Below, piece by piece: positions 27,208 to 36,523 of a stretch of DNA of 45,182 nucleotides. Position numbers and translations under genes: made by a program. The stretch is taken from the NCBI GenBank assembly GCA_049976425.1, contig JBMFIG010000011.1, forward strand, positions 1 through 45,182, given 5' to 3'. This stretch comes from Thermoproteus sp. (GTDB taxonomy: Archaea; Thermoproteota; Thermoprotei; Thermoproteales; Thermoproteaceae). Each line of letters begins with the position of its first letter. The stretch's first letter is position 1. The notes beneath the pieces are model-generated. The model had not been told where the DNA came from, did no database searches, and saw nothing but the letters and a program-made list of their open reading frames with translations.

Positions 27208-28032
27208 GTGTTGATAGATAGGCTGTACAGGGATCTGGCCCGCAACATCCGCTTCTTCGAGAGGGCCCTAGCCCTAGAGAAGGAGGCCTACGGGCTGACC
27301 TACGTCTCGTCGAGGGCCGTGGCCGAGGCGACGGTCTGCCCCAGAGCGGCCGCGTTCCGGGCCGCCGAGGAGGAGGTCGAGGTCTTCGCCAGGGCGTTGA
27401 GGGACAGGGTCAGATACGCCGCCATGTTGGGCATCGTCGAGGGGGGCTACGTCGACGCCTTGACGAAGAGGGCGGCGCGCGGCGACAGGCAGTCGGCCAA
27501 GGCGTTGTTGCAGATAGGGAGAGATCTCGGGCCCGGCGACATATCCGCTATCTTGCCTAGGCTGAGGGAGGAGTTCGAGGCCGCGAGGAGGGCCGCCGGC
27601 AAGGTTGTCGTCACGGCGGCTAGGGGGGCTGTGAGGGAGGCCGCGGCCTATGTGAAGTACGCCGAGGTCTACCCATACGCGGGGATGGGCCACAGGTACG
27701 GGAACTACGTGTTCTACGCCGTGGCTGGGGTAGGCGTCGACCACGTCTACCTATTCAGGCTGGCGAGGAGCCGGGAGGCGGGCAAGAGGCTCGCGCTGGC
27801 AGAAGGCGACGTCGCGGCCGCCGCGTTCAGGAAGGAGAATATAAAGCTGCATATATACGTGCCGGGAGAGGCTATATACTCTTTCTTCGAGAAGGCGTCG
27901 GACCCCACGCCGAAATATAAGGCGTTGATCGGAGGCGAGTGTAGGCCGGGCAGGGCCTGCGCCTCCTGTAGGTACAGGGAGGTGTGCGAGTGCGTCGGAG
28001 ATATCCCGCGGCGTCGTCACGCCGGCTCATAG
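27208..28032 (+). CDS. Cas4-like Fe-S protein, apparently nuclease-dead, stand-alone
   Basis: N-terminal Cys (TVCPR) plus C-terminal C-x2-C-x5-C (CASCRYREVC). The positions expected for D, ExK and QxxxY are occupied by other residues. TATA TTTATATA at 27181-27188. Confidence 0.6.
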   Translation: MLIDRLYRDLARNIRFFERALALEKEAYGLTYVSSRAVAEATVCPRAAAFRAAEEEVEVFARALRDRVRYAAMLGIVEGGYVDALTKRAARGDRQSAKALLQIGRDLGPGDISAILPRLREEFEAARRAAGKVVVTAARGAVREAAAYVKYAEVYPYAGMGHRYGNYVFYAVAGVGVDHVYLFRLARSREAGKRLALAEGDVAAAAFRKENIKLHIYVPGEAIYSFFEKASDPTPKYKALIGGECRPGRACASCRYREVCECVGDIPRRRHAGS

Positions 28033-28111
28033 AGGCCCCGACGGCCCCTCCCGGCGCGTCGCGGCTATACGTAACGACGCGGCGGTTTAAATTTCATTCG
28101 CCTCCGCGGGC

Positions 28112-29257
28112 CTATTCCTCCTCCTTTAGGTATCTGAGGAAGATATAGCCCGCGGCGATCACGAAGGCGCCCGCTATGGGCATCAACAAGGCGGGCCCCA
28201 CCTCTATTAGGTAGCCCGCGGCGGCCGCCGAGGGCGTGGCGGCTATGCGCATGGATATGCTGGCGACCGCAGGCGTCGTCGCCTCGCCCCCCTCCGCCGC
28301 GGCTCCCGATATGTAGGAGGACCTGGCGGGGCCGCCTATGCCGACCATGGCGTTGTATAGGGCGTACACGGCGGCGAACGCGGCGGGGTGGGGGATGAAG
28401 GGCAGAGAGGCGAGGAGGGCGCCCGAGGCGAATCTGCTGGCGGCCGACGTCTTCACGAGGCCGAACCACCTCACGAACACGTGGGCGAACAGAGACGACA
28501 GCGAGAATGCCGCGTTGCCCACGGCGTATACGACGCCTATGACGGCCGGCCCCATGCCCAGATAGGCGTTCATCCAGAGCGACAGGAGCGAGTTGGACAA
28601 GCCGATGCCGATCCCGGCGACCAGCTGGCTTAGCGAGTAGGCCAAGACGGCGGAGCCCCTCCTCCCGACAGCCCTAAACGGGTTGACCCGCCGGATCTCC
28701 TCGCCGCGGCCCAGCGACAGCAGGACGAGCAACGCGGCCGCCGAGACCAAAAGGACGAAGAGGACCGAGGCCTCCCGCAACGCGATGAGGGCGACGAGGA
28801 GGGACCCCGCTATGCCGCCGGCGGTGGATAGGAGGTTGACGAGCCCCAGATCGCGCGTCCTCTCGACGGCGTTGGACGTGTGGCGGCGCACGAGGGCCAT
28901 TATGAGAGGGACGAAGCTGCCTCTCGTCGAGCCGGGGCCCAACATCCCGACCCCGCCGATGCCTAAGGCGACGCCGATTGCCCAGGGATTTCTGGAGGCC
29001 GCTATCGCCACGAGCGCGGAGGCGAAGGCCGCCTCGCTGACGGCGAGGCCTCTGGCGTGCCCTATCACGTCGCCGAGGGCGGCGTACAGGATAGACGTCC
29101 CTAGGGATATGAAGCCCGCCGCGGTTACGGCGAGGCCGGCCGCAAGCGCGCTGCCGGTGAGGTCCTTCAAGTACAACGGCACGACGACGGCGAGGTAGCC
29201 CGTCGCGAGGTTCCTCAGAAACCTCTCGAGGCCTACGACCAAGATATACCTCTTCAC
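28112..29257 (-). CDS. MFS transporter
   Basis: About 12 hydrophobic segments; LGDVIGHAR (motif A-like); FVRWFGLVK. Confidence 0.85.
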   Translation of the reverse strand: MKRYILVVGLERFLRNLATGYLAVVVPLYLKDLTGSALAAGLAVTAAGFISLGTSILYAALGDVIGHARGLAVSEAAFASALVAIAASRNPWAIGVALGIGGVGMLGPGSTRGSFVPLIMALVRRHTSNAVERTRDLGLVNLLSTAGGIAGSLLVALIALREASVLFVLLVSAAALLVLLSLGRGEEIRRVNPFRAVGRRGSAVLAYSLSQLVAGIGIGLSNSLLSLWMNAYLGMGPAVIGVVYAVGNAAFSLSSLFAHVFVRWFGLVKTSAASRFASGALLASLPFIPHPAAFAAVYALYNAMVGIGGPARSSYISGAAAEGGEATTPAVASISMRIAATPSAAAAGYLIEVGPALLMPIAGAFVIAAGYIFLRYLKEEE

Positions 29258-29415
29258 AGCCCGATATGTCGGCTCACTTTAAAACTTTAGCAGTATCGAC
29301 GAACGTATTTATCCCTACGTCAACGACTGCTTGTGCGCGCATCAGCACGTAGGGCGGTGGATCCCTCAGTAGGCGTCGTCGGCGCAGGCCGGCGCATCTA
29401 CGGCGCATCGGCGCC

Positions 29416-30405
29416 ATGAGGTACCTGTTGACCACGGTCCAAGGGCTGGAGGACGTCGTCGTTGAGGAGATCGCGGAGAAGCTGGGGGCATCGTCGGCGC
29501 GGTCCACCTACATGAGCGGCCGGGTTGTGGCTGACGTCGACGCGCCGCCCTCCTCCCTCCTCGCGCTCCGCTCGGTGGAGAGGTTCGGAGTCTTCATAAC
29601 CTCGGGCACGTTCTCGGCGTTGGGGGATATAGTGGACGGGGTCAGGGCGGTGCTTCCTGAGATACTGTCGTACCTATCGCCGTACGCGACCGCCGGCGTC
29701 GCCTGCGAGAGGGCCGGGACGCACCCCTTCACGTCCAGGGATGTAGAGTCGGCGGTTGGGTCCCTCCTCAAGGAGGCCGGGGCGACCATCAGCCTCGTCG
29801 ACCCTGACCTAGAGCTCAACGTGGACGTCGTAGGCGATGCCTACTACGTCTGGCTGACCTCGGCGCGGAGATCCCTAAAGGATAGGCCCTACCGCCGGTA
29901 CCAGCACTACGCGTCGCTCAACCCCATAGTCGCCTACGCCATGGCCAGACTTGTGCGGCTGAGGGACGGCGAGACGTTGTGCGACCTCACGTGCGGAGGG
30001 GGGACCATATGCCTCGAGGCCTCATCTGTGGCCCGCGTGAGGTGTATCTGCGTCGATATATCCCTCAAGCACCTCAGAGGAGCTCTGGAGAACTTCTCGG
30101 CGGCCGGCGCCGACGCGGACGTCTTGTGGTTCGACTCCACGAAGCTCCACAGAGCGCTCCGCCCGATCTGCGACGCGTTCGCCTTCAACCCCCCGTACGG
30201 CGTCCGCATCCCCGCCAACGTGCACAAGCTCTATAGGGGGCTCGCCAGGGCGGTGGAGCTCTTGGCGAGGCCGGGGGCCCGCGTCGCCGTGGTGACGCCT
30301 AGATGGCGCGCCTTTCTGAAATACTTCGGCGGCGAGGTGCTGGAGAGGAGGGTGATATACCAAGGCGGCCTCTACAGCTCGATAGTGGTGGGAAAGGTTA
30401 AATAG
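29416..30405 (+). CDS. THUMP-domain RNA (guanine-N2) methyltransferase, Trm14/UPF0020-like
   Basis: TTVQGLEDV, THUMP segment ERAGTHPFTS, RPYRRYQHYASLNP, DLTCGGGTI and NPPYG. Confidence 0.85.
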   Translation: MRYLLTTVQGLEDVVVEEIAEKLGASSARSTYMSGRVVADVDAPPSSLLALRSVERFGVFITSGTFSALGDIVDGVRAVLPEILSYLSPYATAGVACERAGTHPFTSRDVESAVGSLLKEAGATISLVDPDLELNVDVVGDAYYVWLTSARRSLKDRPYRRYQHYASLNPIVAYAMARLVRLRDGETLCDLTCGGGTICLEASSVARVRCICVDISLKHLRGALENFSAAGADADVLWFDSTKLHRALRPICDAFAFNPPYGVRIPANVHKLYRGLARAVELLARPGARVAVVTPRWRAFLKYFGGEVLERRVIYQGGLYSSIVVGKVK

Positions 30406-30424
30406 GGCCCGGCCCCAGCCTCCC

Positions 30425-31570
30425 GTGTTGTACCTAGCGGCGTTTCTCGCCGCCGTGGCTCTAGTAATCGGCGGCACTCTATCCAGGAAGATAGACGTCT
30501 CGATCTCTCTGCCGCTCGGCGCCGCCCTCTACGGGATCCTCGCGCTGGGCCCGTCCGTCGTCGAGGCCACGGCGGCCGCGTTCAACTATTCTATGTTCGA
30601 GGTCCTGACGTCCTTGGTCCTAGCCATGGCGCTGGGCTACCTTATGGGCACAAGACGGGAGGCCATCGCCAGCGGTTTGACCGCCATCGGGCCTAGATTC
30701 GCCGCATTCGCCATACCGGCCGCCATCGGGCTTCTGCCCATGCCGGGCGGCGCGTACATATCGGCGGTGGTGGTGGACCCGCTCTACAGAGACATGGGGC
30801 TGAGCGGGGAGGAGAAGACCTTCCTCAACTACTGGATGCGCCACATATGGGTGCCCGTCTGGCCGCTCTTCCAAGGCGTTCTGATAACCTCCGCTGTGTT
30901 GGCCGAGCCGGTCGCCAAGGTCGTCTCGTGGTCTTGGCCGGCCAGTGCGGCCGCTGTGGCGGCGGGGATGGCGGTGGGCCTCCGCCGCGTTAGAAGAATC
31001 GGCGTGGGGGGAAGGATCAGGGACCTGGTCTACCTATGGCCCCTCGCGGCGGTCGCGTCGCTCGCCTTCGTGGTGCCCATATACGTCGCGGTTGCCGCCG
31101 TCCTGGCCGCCTTCACGGCGTTGTATAGGCCCAAGACCGGCGCGGTCGCGGCCGCCTTCAAGTACGCCTTGACGCCCCGCGTGCTGGCCATAATAATCTC
31201 GTCGCTGATCTTTTCGGAGTACATTAGGGAGAGCGGGCTGGGCGAGGCGCTGACGGGCTACCTAGGCAACGCCGCCTTACTCGCCGTATTCGCTGTGCCT
31301 TTCCTCATAGGGCTGGCCACCGGCGTCGAGTTCACGTTCGCCGGCCTCGCCTTCCCTCCCCTGAGCCCTCTGCTACACGGCTATAACCTATCCCTCGCCT
31401 TCCTAGGAGGCTTCCTCGGAGTCATGTTGAGCCCCGCCCACAGCTGTTTCGTGCTGACGCTAGACTACTATAGGGCCGAGGCCCGCCTCGTCTACAGGCT
31501 GTTGATAAAGGCGGCGGTGGCGGCGGCCGCCGCGGCGCTTCCTCTGTACATCGCCTTGACGGCCCTCTGA
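30425..31570 (+). CDS. DUF401-family membrane protein
   Basis: PAAIGLLPMPGGA.ISA, NYWMRHIW...WPL and GVMLSPAHSC motifs. Confidence 0.8.
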   Translation: MLYLAAFLAAVALVIGGTLSRKIDVSISLPLGAALYGILALGPSVVEATAAAFNYSMFEVLTSLVLAMALGYLMGTRREAIASGLTAIGPRFAAFAIPAAIGLLPMPGGAYISAVVVDPLYRDMGLSGEEKTFLNYWMRHIWVPVWPLFQGVLITSAVLAEPVAKVVSWSWPASAAAVAAGMAVGLRRVRRIGVGGRIRDLVYLWPLAAVASLAFVVPIYVAVAAVLAAFTALYRPKTGAVAAAFKYALTPRVLAIIISSLIFSEYIRESGLGEALTGYLGNAALLAVFAVPFLIGLATGVEFTFAGLAFPPLSPLLHGYNLSLAFLGGFLGVMLSPAHSCFVLTLDYYRAEARLVYRLLIKAAVAAAAAALPLYIALTAL

Positions 31571-31606
31571 ACAAAAAGATTATATACTGTCCCCCAGAGG
31601 GGGACG

Positions 31607-33163
31607 GTGGAGAAATACGTGGCCGATATATCGGTTATACTGGACGGCTCCCTCAAAGAGGCCGTGATCTCCGGCAACATCAGGGGGACTCTCTTCATCT
31701 TGGAGGAGGCCGTCGACTACTTGGAGCGGCTCGCCAGACAGGGCGACGGGGTTGGGCTTGTGGGGGTTGCGGAGCTTAAGGATCTCAAAAGCGCCGTGGA
31801 GAAGCTGGGCCTCTCGGAGCTGGTCCACGTGGAGTACGTCCCGGCGGGGCGCCGCCAGATAGAGCCCGAGGAGATACCTTCCCTCGTCAGGAAATTCGCG
31901 AGGGAGAACGGCGCGGTGGTGGTCACCAGCGACCCGTTTCTCAGAGACTCGGCGGAGGTGATGGGGCTGGAGGTGTTGTATCTGGGCAGGGAGCGCGGCG
32001 CCTTGCAGATAGAGCGCTTCTTCGAGAAGGACATAATGTCGGTGCACCTCAAGGAGGGGGCGCCGCCGCAAGCCAAGGCGGGGAGGCCCGGCAACTGGCG
32101 GCTCGTCAAGCTCTCCAACGAGCCCATGTCGCGGGGGCAGTTGGAGGCCATAGTGCGCGAGCTCATCTCCGAGGCGGCGAAAGGCGACGGGAACACCAGG
32201 ATCGAGATAAGGAGGCCCCACTCCTTAATAATCCAGCACAGGGACCTACGTATAGTTGTCGCCTTCCCGCCGGTCTCGGACGGCCTCGAGATCACCGCCG
32301 TGAAGCCCCTCGTGAGGCGCTCCCTAGAGGACTACAACCTCGACCCCAAGGTGGTCGAGCGCCTCGAGAAAAGCGCCGAGGGGATACTCATATCGGGGCC
32401 TCCCGGCGCCGGCAAGACGACGTTCGCCCAAGCCCTCGCCGAGTTCTACCTATCCAAGGGCAAGATAGTGAAGACCGTCGAGTCGCCGAGGGATATGATC
32501 CTCAGCAGATCCATCACCCAGCTATCCAAGAACTACGCCACGTCCGAGGAGATCCACGACCTCCTCCTGCTGTCCCGGCCCGACTACACCATATTCGACG
32601 AGATGAGGGACACGGCGGATTTCCAGCTATACGTGGACCTCCGCCTGGCCGGCGTCGGGATGGTCGGCGTCGTCCACGCCACGTCGCCCATAGACGCCGT
32701 ACAGCGGTTCGTGAGGAGGGTGGAGCTGGGCATGATACCGTCGATTATAGACACCGTCATATACATGAAGGACGGCGAGGTGAAGAAGGTCTACTCGCTC
32801 TCCATGACCGTGAAGGTGCCGGCCGGCATGAGGGAGGAGGACCTGTCGAGGCCTGTCGTGGTCGTCAAGGACTTCCTGACGGGCGAGCCTGAGTACGAGA
32901 TCTACGTGTTCGGCGAGGAGACGTTCGTCGTCCCCCTAAAACGCGGCGAGGGGAGGGCCCCCAGCAAGAAGCTGTTCTCGGCGGTCGTGTCGGCGCTCAA
33001 GCGCTACGTCCCGCCGCAGGAGATAAGGGTGGAGGAGGCCGACGGCGTCGTCGTGGTCAAGGTCCCCGAGGAGTACCTCGCGGTGGTCGCGTCGCGCGGC
33101 GCCAGCAAGCTCGACCGCCTCAGGAGGAGGTTCTCCGTGGATTTCAGGATCGAGCCCCTGTAG
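31607..33163 (+). CDS. PIN-domain ATPase with C-terminal KH-like domain (PINA/ATPase PilT family)
   Basis: N-terminal PIN (VADISVILDG...TSD), MSVHLKEG, GPPGAGKTTFAQAL, ESPRD, RPDYTIFDEMR and GVVHAT. Confidence 0.9.
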   Translation: MEKYVADISVILDGSLKEAVISGNIRGTLFILEEAVDYLERLARQGDGVGLVGVAELKDLKSAVEKLGLSELVHVEYVPAGRRQIEPEEIPSLVRKFARENGAVVVTSDPFLRDSAEVMGLEVLYLGRERGALQIERFFEKDIMSVHLKEGAPPQAKAGRPGNWRLVKLSNEPMSRGQLEAIVRELISEAAKGDGNTRIEIRRPHSLIIQHRDLRIVVAFPPVSDGLEITAVKPLVRRSLEDYNLDPKVVERLEKSAEGILISGPPGAGKTTFAQALAEFYLSKGKIVKTVESPRDMILSRSITQLSKNYATSEEIHDLLLLSRPDYTIFDEMRDTADFQLYVDLRLAGVGMVGVVHATSPIDAVQRFVRRVELGMIPSIIDTVIYMKDGEVKKVYSLSMTVKVPAGMREEDLSRPVVVVKDFLTGEPEYEIYVFGEETFVVPLKRGEGRAPSKKLFSAVVSALKRYVPPQEIRVEEADGVVVVKVPEEYLAVVASRGASKLDRLRRRFSVDFRIEPL

Positions 33164-33213
33164 AGGCCTTTTATATGATCGAAACCAATATATAACACCC
33201 CGCACTTCCCCAC

Positions 33214-34053
33214 GTGGCCGTCGACCAGTATTATCAATACTATGAGGATAGGTCCCCCACAGGCGTCTGGTACGTCGACCAGCTCCTCGGCGGCGGTTTT
33301 AAGAGAGGCGAGATCTACCTAATAGCTGGGGAGGCCGGACAGGGCAAGACGATCTTCAGCCTCCAGTTCCTCAAGACAGGCGCCGAGCTGTACGACGAGC
33401 CTGGCCTCTACATAACCGTCGACGAGCCTTCCGAGGACGTCAAGAGGGGCGTCAAGGCGTCGCTGGGCTGGGACCTAGACGTCCTCGAGGAGCAACAGAA
33501 GCTGGTCTTCGTCGATTTGAGGACCCACTTCAAGGCCTACTCCCAGAGCGAGAAGGTTGTGGCCGACCCGCGAGAGATAGCGAAGGTGATCATAGACAAC
33601 GTGAGGAAGTTCGGCATAAAGAGGCTCGTGGTGGATCCCATAGCCCCGCTCCTCATAACCTCCCACACCGACGTCCTCTGGGTCAGGGAATACATGAGGG
33701 AGCTCGTGTTCCAGCTGAGGAAGTTGAAAGACGTGACGACGGTGATGACCTCCGAGATACCGACGGGGGAGAACAAGATAAGCAGATTCGGCGTAGAGGA
33801 GTACCTGGCCAGCGGCGTCATAAAGCTGGAGCTCCAGGAATATAGAGGCTTCGTGTTCAGGGTCATGTTCATCAGGAAGATGCGTTGGACCCCCGTGAGG
33901 CCCCAGAAGCTCGTCTTCGAAATATATCCCCAATACGGCATATACGTCATAGACCGCCTCGAGAACTTCATGAAGTCCATAGACAGGTTCTACCTAGACG
34001 CGGCGCAACAATACGGACAGCAGGAATATCAGCAGTACGCCCTCGCCAAATAG
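33214..34053 (+). CDS. Single-domain KaiC/RAD55-family ATPase
   Basis: SPTGV..VDQLLGGG, GEAGQGKT, LVVDPI, SRFGVEEYLASGVI and IRKMR. Confidence 0.9.
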   Translation: MAVDQYYQYYEDRSPTGVWYVDQLLGGGFKRGEIYLIAGEAGQGKTIFSLQFLKTGAELYDEPGLYITVDEPSEDVKRGVKASLGWDLDVLEEQQKLVFVDLRTHFKAYSQSEKVVADPREIAKVIIDNVRKFGIKRLVVDPIAPLLITSHTDVLWVREYMRELVFQLRKLKDVTTVMTSEIPTGENKISRFGVEEYLASGVIKLELQEYRGFVFRVMFIRKMRWTPVRPQKLVFEIYPQYGIYVIDRLENFMKSIDRFYLDAAQQYGQQEYQQYALAK

Positions 34054-34225
34054 CCGGAGGGAGGTACTCGTCGGCCCGAAGCCTCGGCGAGGGGCGTAGA
34101 CGACGGGTTGCCGCATAGGCTGAGGCTAAGCGTTCAGAGCCGCGGCCCGTCTTAGACAGACGAGCGGGGATGCGCGGCGTATTTGTGAGACGCAATTCAT
34201 ATAAATCCGTGTAGTGGACAGGCCA

Positions 34226-34310
34226 GCCGGGGTGGCCGAGTTGGTCCAAGGCGCGGGCCTGCTAAGTCCGTCCCCGCAAGGGGGCGTGGGTTCAAATCCC
34301 ACCCCCGGCG
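34226..34310 (+). tRNA. tRNA-Ser(GCT), intronless, CCA not encoded
   Basis: Acceptor GCCGGGG/CCCCGGC plus discriminator G; anticodon arm CGGGC-CTGCTAA-GTCCG; long variable arm CCCC-GCAA-GGGG; T-arm GTGGG-TTCAAAT-CCCAC; TATA ATATAAA about 25 nt upstream. Confidence 0.96.
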
Positions 34311-34702
34311 TCTTTCTACTCCCTCAGAACGCCGAAAATCGGCGGCGTCGTTAACTTTTAGGCGTCCTTTACTTAAAACAACACCGACAATAGGTAGCGT
34401 GTTCGAATAACTGACGATCGCCGGGGCGGGCGGTGATCGGAATGTTATAACCGTATGGCATAACCCTTACCGCTGGCGACTGGCCTAACCGCTATCAGCT
34501 CTCACGATAGATGGAGATGATTACAGCGGTGTACCGGCTCTCTGCTGTATCTGGGTATAATCGATCGACTGCGTCCGTCTAGACAAAAACTTTTGGCGAG
34601 CTCTCATTAGTGCTCAGTGAATTGACTCTATTTAAATGCTGGAGATAGTTTATCTGTGTCCGTTCTCGCTTTTCCGGCGAAGGGCCTGGCGGCGGGCGCG
34701 GT

Positions 34703-36523
34703 ATGAAGATAGGCTACGTCATAGCCGGCTCGACGCCTACGGAGTTCTTGGCCACTCTAGATCCTGAACGCCCCGTGAGGCTCTACGAGTACGTCGCGGT
34801 GGACAGCGTCGAGATCCCTCCCGACGGGGAGGAGGCGGCCCAGGTGAGGCTGATAGGCCAGATAGTCAAGATAATTAGGGACCCCTACCAGCTCAAGAGG
34901 GACATCCCGCTCTACAACGTCGTCGAGGGCGTGTCGCACGACTTGTTGGAGGTGCAGATAGCCAAGGTGAAGATCTTGGGCTATCTCTGGAACGGGGAGA
35001 TACATATGCCGAAGCTCCCGCCGAGGATAGGCGCCCCGGTCTATCTAGCCAAAGACGACGAGGTGGCCGAGCTCTACGGCTCCGGCGAGCTCTGCGTGGG
35101 CCGCCTCTCGGCTAGGCCTCTGGACCTCTGCCTAGACGTGGAGGGGCTGAAGCGGCATATGGCCGTCATAGCGGCCACCGGCAGCGGCAAGACTTGGTTC
35201 TCCGTGGTCCTCATAGAGGAGTTGCTGAAGAGGGGGGCCTCGGTCGTAGTCCTCGACCCCCACGGCGAGTACGTGGCGGCTAGAGACACCGCGCAACGGC
35301 TCGGCGGCGTCAACGCCTTGACGGTCAAGGTGTCGGGCCACCACGCCGGGGACGTGATGTACAGGATAGGCGTGCTCGACATGGACCCCGACGCTCTGGC
35401 CGACGCGGCAGGCGTCCCGCCCAAGGCGACCAAGATAAGGTACTCCATCTACCTCGCCCACGCGCTCGCCAAGTCGGCCTACAAGGCGGGCGCCAGGAGG
35501 ATGGGGCCCAAGGGCCTCGCCTCCATCCTCTCGGCCGCCCTACGCGGCGAACAGCACCTCAAGAGGCTGTTGAGGCAGTGGGGCGTGGAGGACGAGAAGG
35601 CAGACGAGCTGGCGGAGCTCGCCAAGAGGGATAGACACTCGATCTTCAGCGCGGCGGCCTATCTGAGGAGGTTGGCTAGACTCGGCGTGTTCTCCGCCAG
35701 GACTACGCCTCTGGGGAGGATAACCGCCGACCTCACCGTCGTCAACCTCGCCGGCGTGGGGGACGAGATCCAGGACTACGTGGCGTGGCACATACTCACG
35801 AGGATATTCAAGGCGAGGGTGAGACACGTGAGGGGCCTGCCGGGCGTGAAGCTCGAGAGGCCTGTCGTCGTGGTGTTGGAGGAGGCCCACCGGTTCGCCC
35901 CGCCGAAGTCGGCCAGGAGGACGAGGGCATACGAGGCCGTGTCGAGGATAGCGGCCGAGGGCAGAAAGTTCGGCGTATACCTCGTCGTGGTGACCCAGAG
36001 GCCCTCCCGCGTCGATCCTGACGTCATGAGCCAGATGCAGTCGCAAGTCATAATGAGGATAGTCAACCCCAAGGACCAAGAAGCCGTGAGGGACAGCAGC
36101 GAGCAGCTGGCGCAGGACTACCTGGACAACCTCCCCGGCCTCGACAGAGGCGAGGCGGTGGTCCTAGGACCTGTCGTGAAGCTACCCGCCGTGATTAGGT
36201 TGAGGGACAGAGTGCTGGACTACGGCGGGGCCGATATATCGCTTGCCGAGGCCTGGCGTAGGTCGGACGCAGACGTCGCGACGATATGGGCGAGGATATT
36301 CAGATCGCCGCCTCCCCCCTCCGTCGTCCTCGCCGCGTCGGGGATATCGGTCAAATCGGCGGAGCCGGACGGAGGCGTCTGGAGGGCCGTGACGTCCGAC
36401 GGCGCGCGCGTGGAGCTCTCCATAGAGTCCGGCTACGCGAGGTGTAGCGTCTGCGGCTCCTCGGGTTGCGCCCACGTCTATAGGGTGCTCTCCGAGATAG
36501 TCAAGGTGAGGAGGGCGGCATGA
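34703..36523 (+). CDS. herA: HerA DNA translocase (HAS barrel + FtsK/HerA ATPase) with a C-terminal SWIM-like zinc finger
   Basis: RHMAVIAATGSGKT, LDPHGEY, LEEAHRF, EGRKFG and TQRPS. First gene of herA-mre11-rad50. Confidence 0.9.
   Translation: MKIGYVIAGSTPTEFLATLDPERPVRLYEYVAVDSVEIPPDGEEAAQVRLIGQIVKIIRDPYQLKRDIPLYNVVEGVSHDLLEVQIAKVKILGYLWNGEIHMPKLPPRIGAPVYLAKDDEVAELYGSGELCVGRLSARPLDLCLDVEGLKRHMAVIAATGSGKTWFSVVLIEELLKRGASVVVLDPHGEYVAARDTAQRLGGVNALTVKVSGHHAGDVMYRIGVLDMDPDALADAAGVPPKATKIRYSIYLAHALAKSAYKAGARRMGPKGLASILSAALRGEQHLKRLLRQWGVEDEKADELAELAKRDRHSIFSAAAYLRRLARLGVFSARTTPLGRITADLTVVNLAGVGDEIQDYVAWHILTRIFKARVRHVRGLPGVKLERPVVVVLEEAHRFAPPKSARRTRAYEAVSRIAAEGRKFGVYLVVVTQRPSRVDPDVMSQMQSQVIMRIVNPKDQEAVRDSSEQLAQDYLDNLPGLDRGEAVVLGPVVKLPAVIRLRDRVLDYGGADISLAEAWRRSDADVATIWARIFRSPPPPSVVLAASGISVKSAEPDGGVWRAVTSDGARVELSIESGYARCSVCGSSGCAHVYRVLSEIVKVRRAA

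Noticed and set aside
34226-34310. Possible intron or split in tRNA-Ser (common in Thermoproteales), or an att duplication
   Set aside because: The cloverleaf is complete at 85 nt with no bulge-helix-bulge insertion, and I saw no second copy of either half in the window.
34312-34320. CTTTCTACT after the tRNA resembles the end of a Thermoproteus-type CRISPR repeat
   Set aside because: Only 9 nt and single copy. Better explained as a pyrimidine-rich tRNA terminator.
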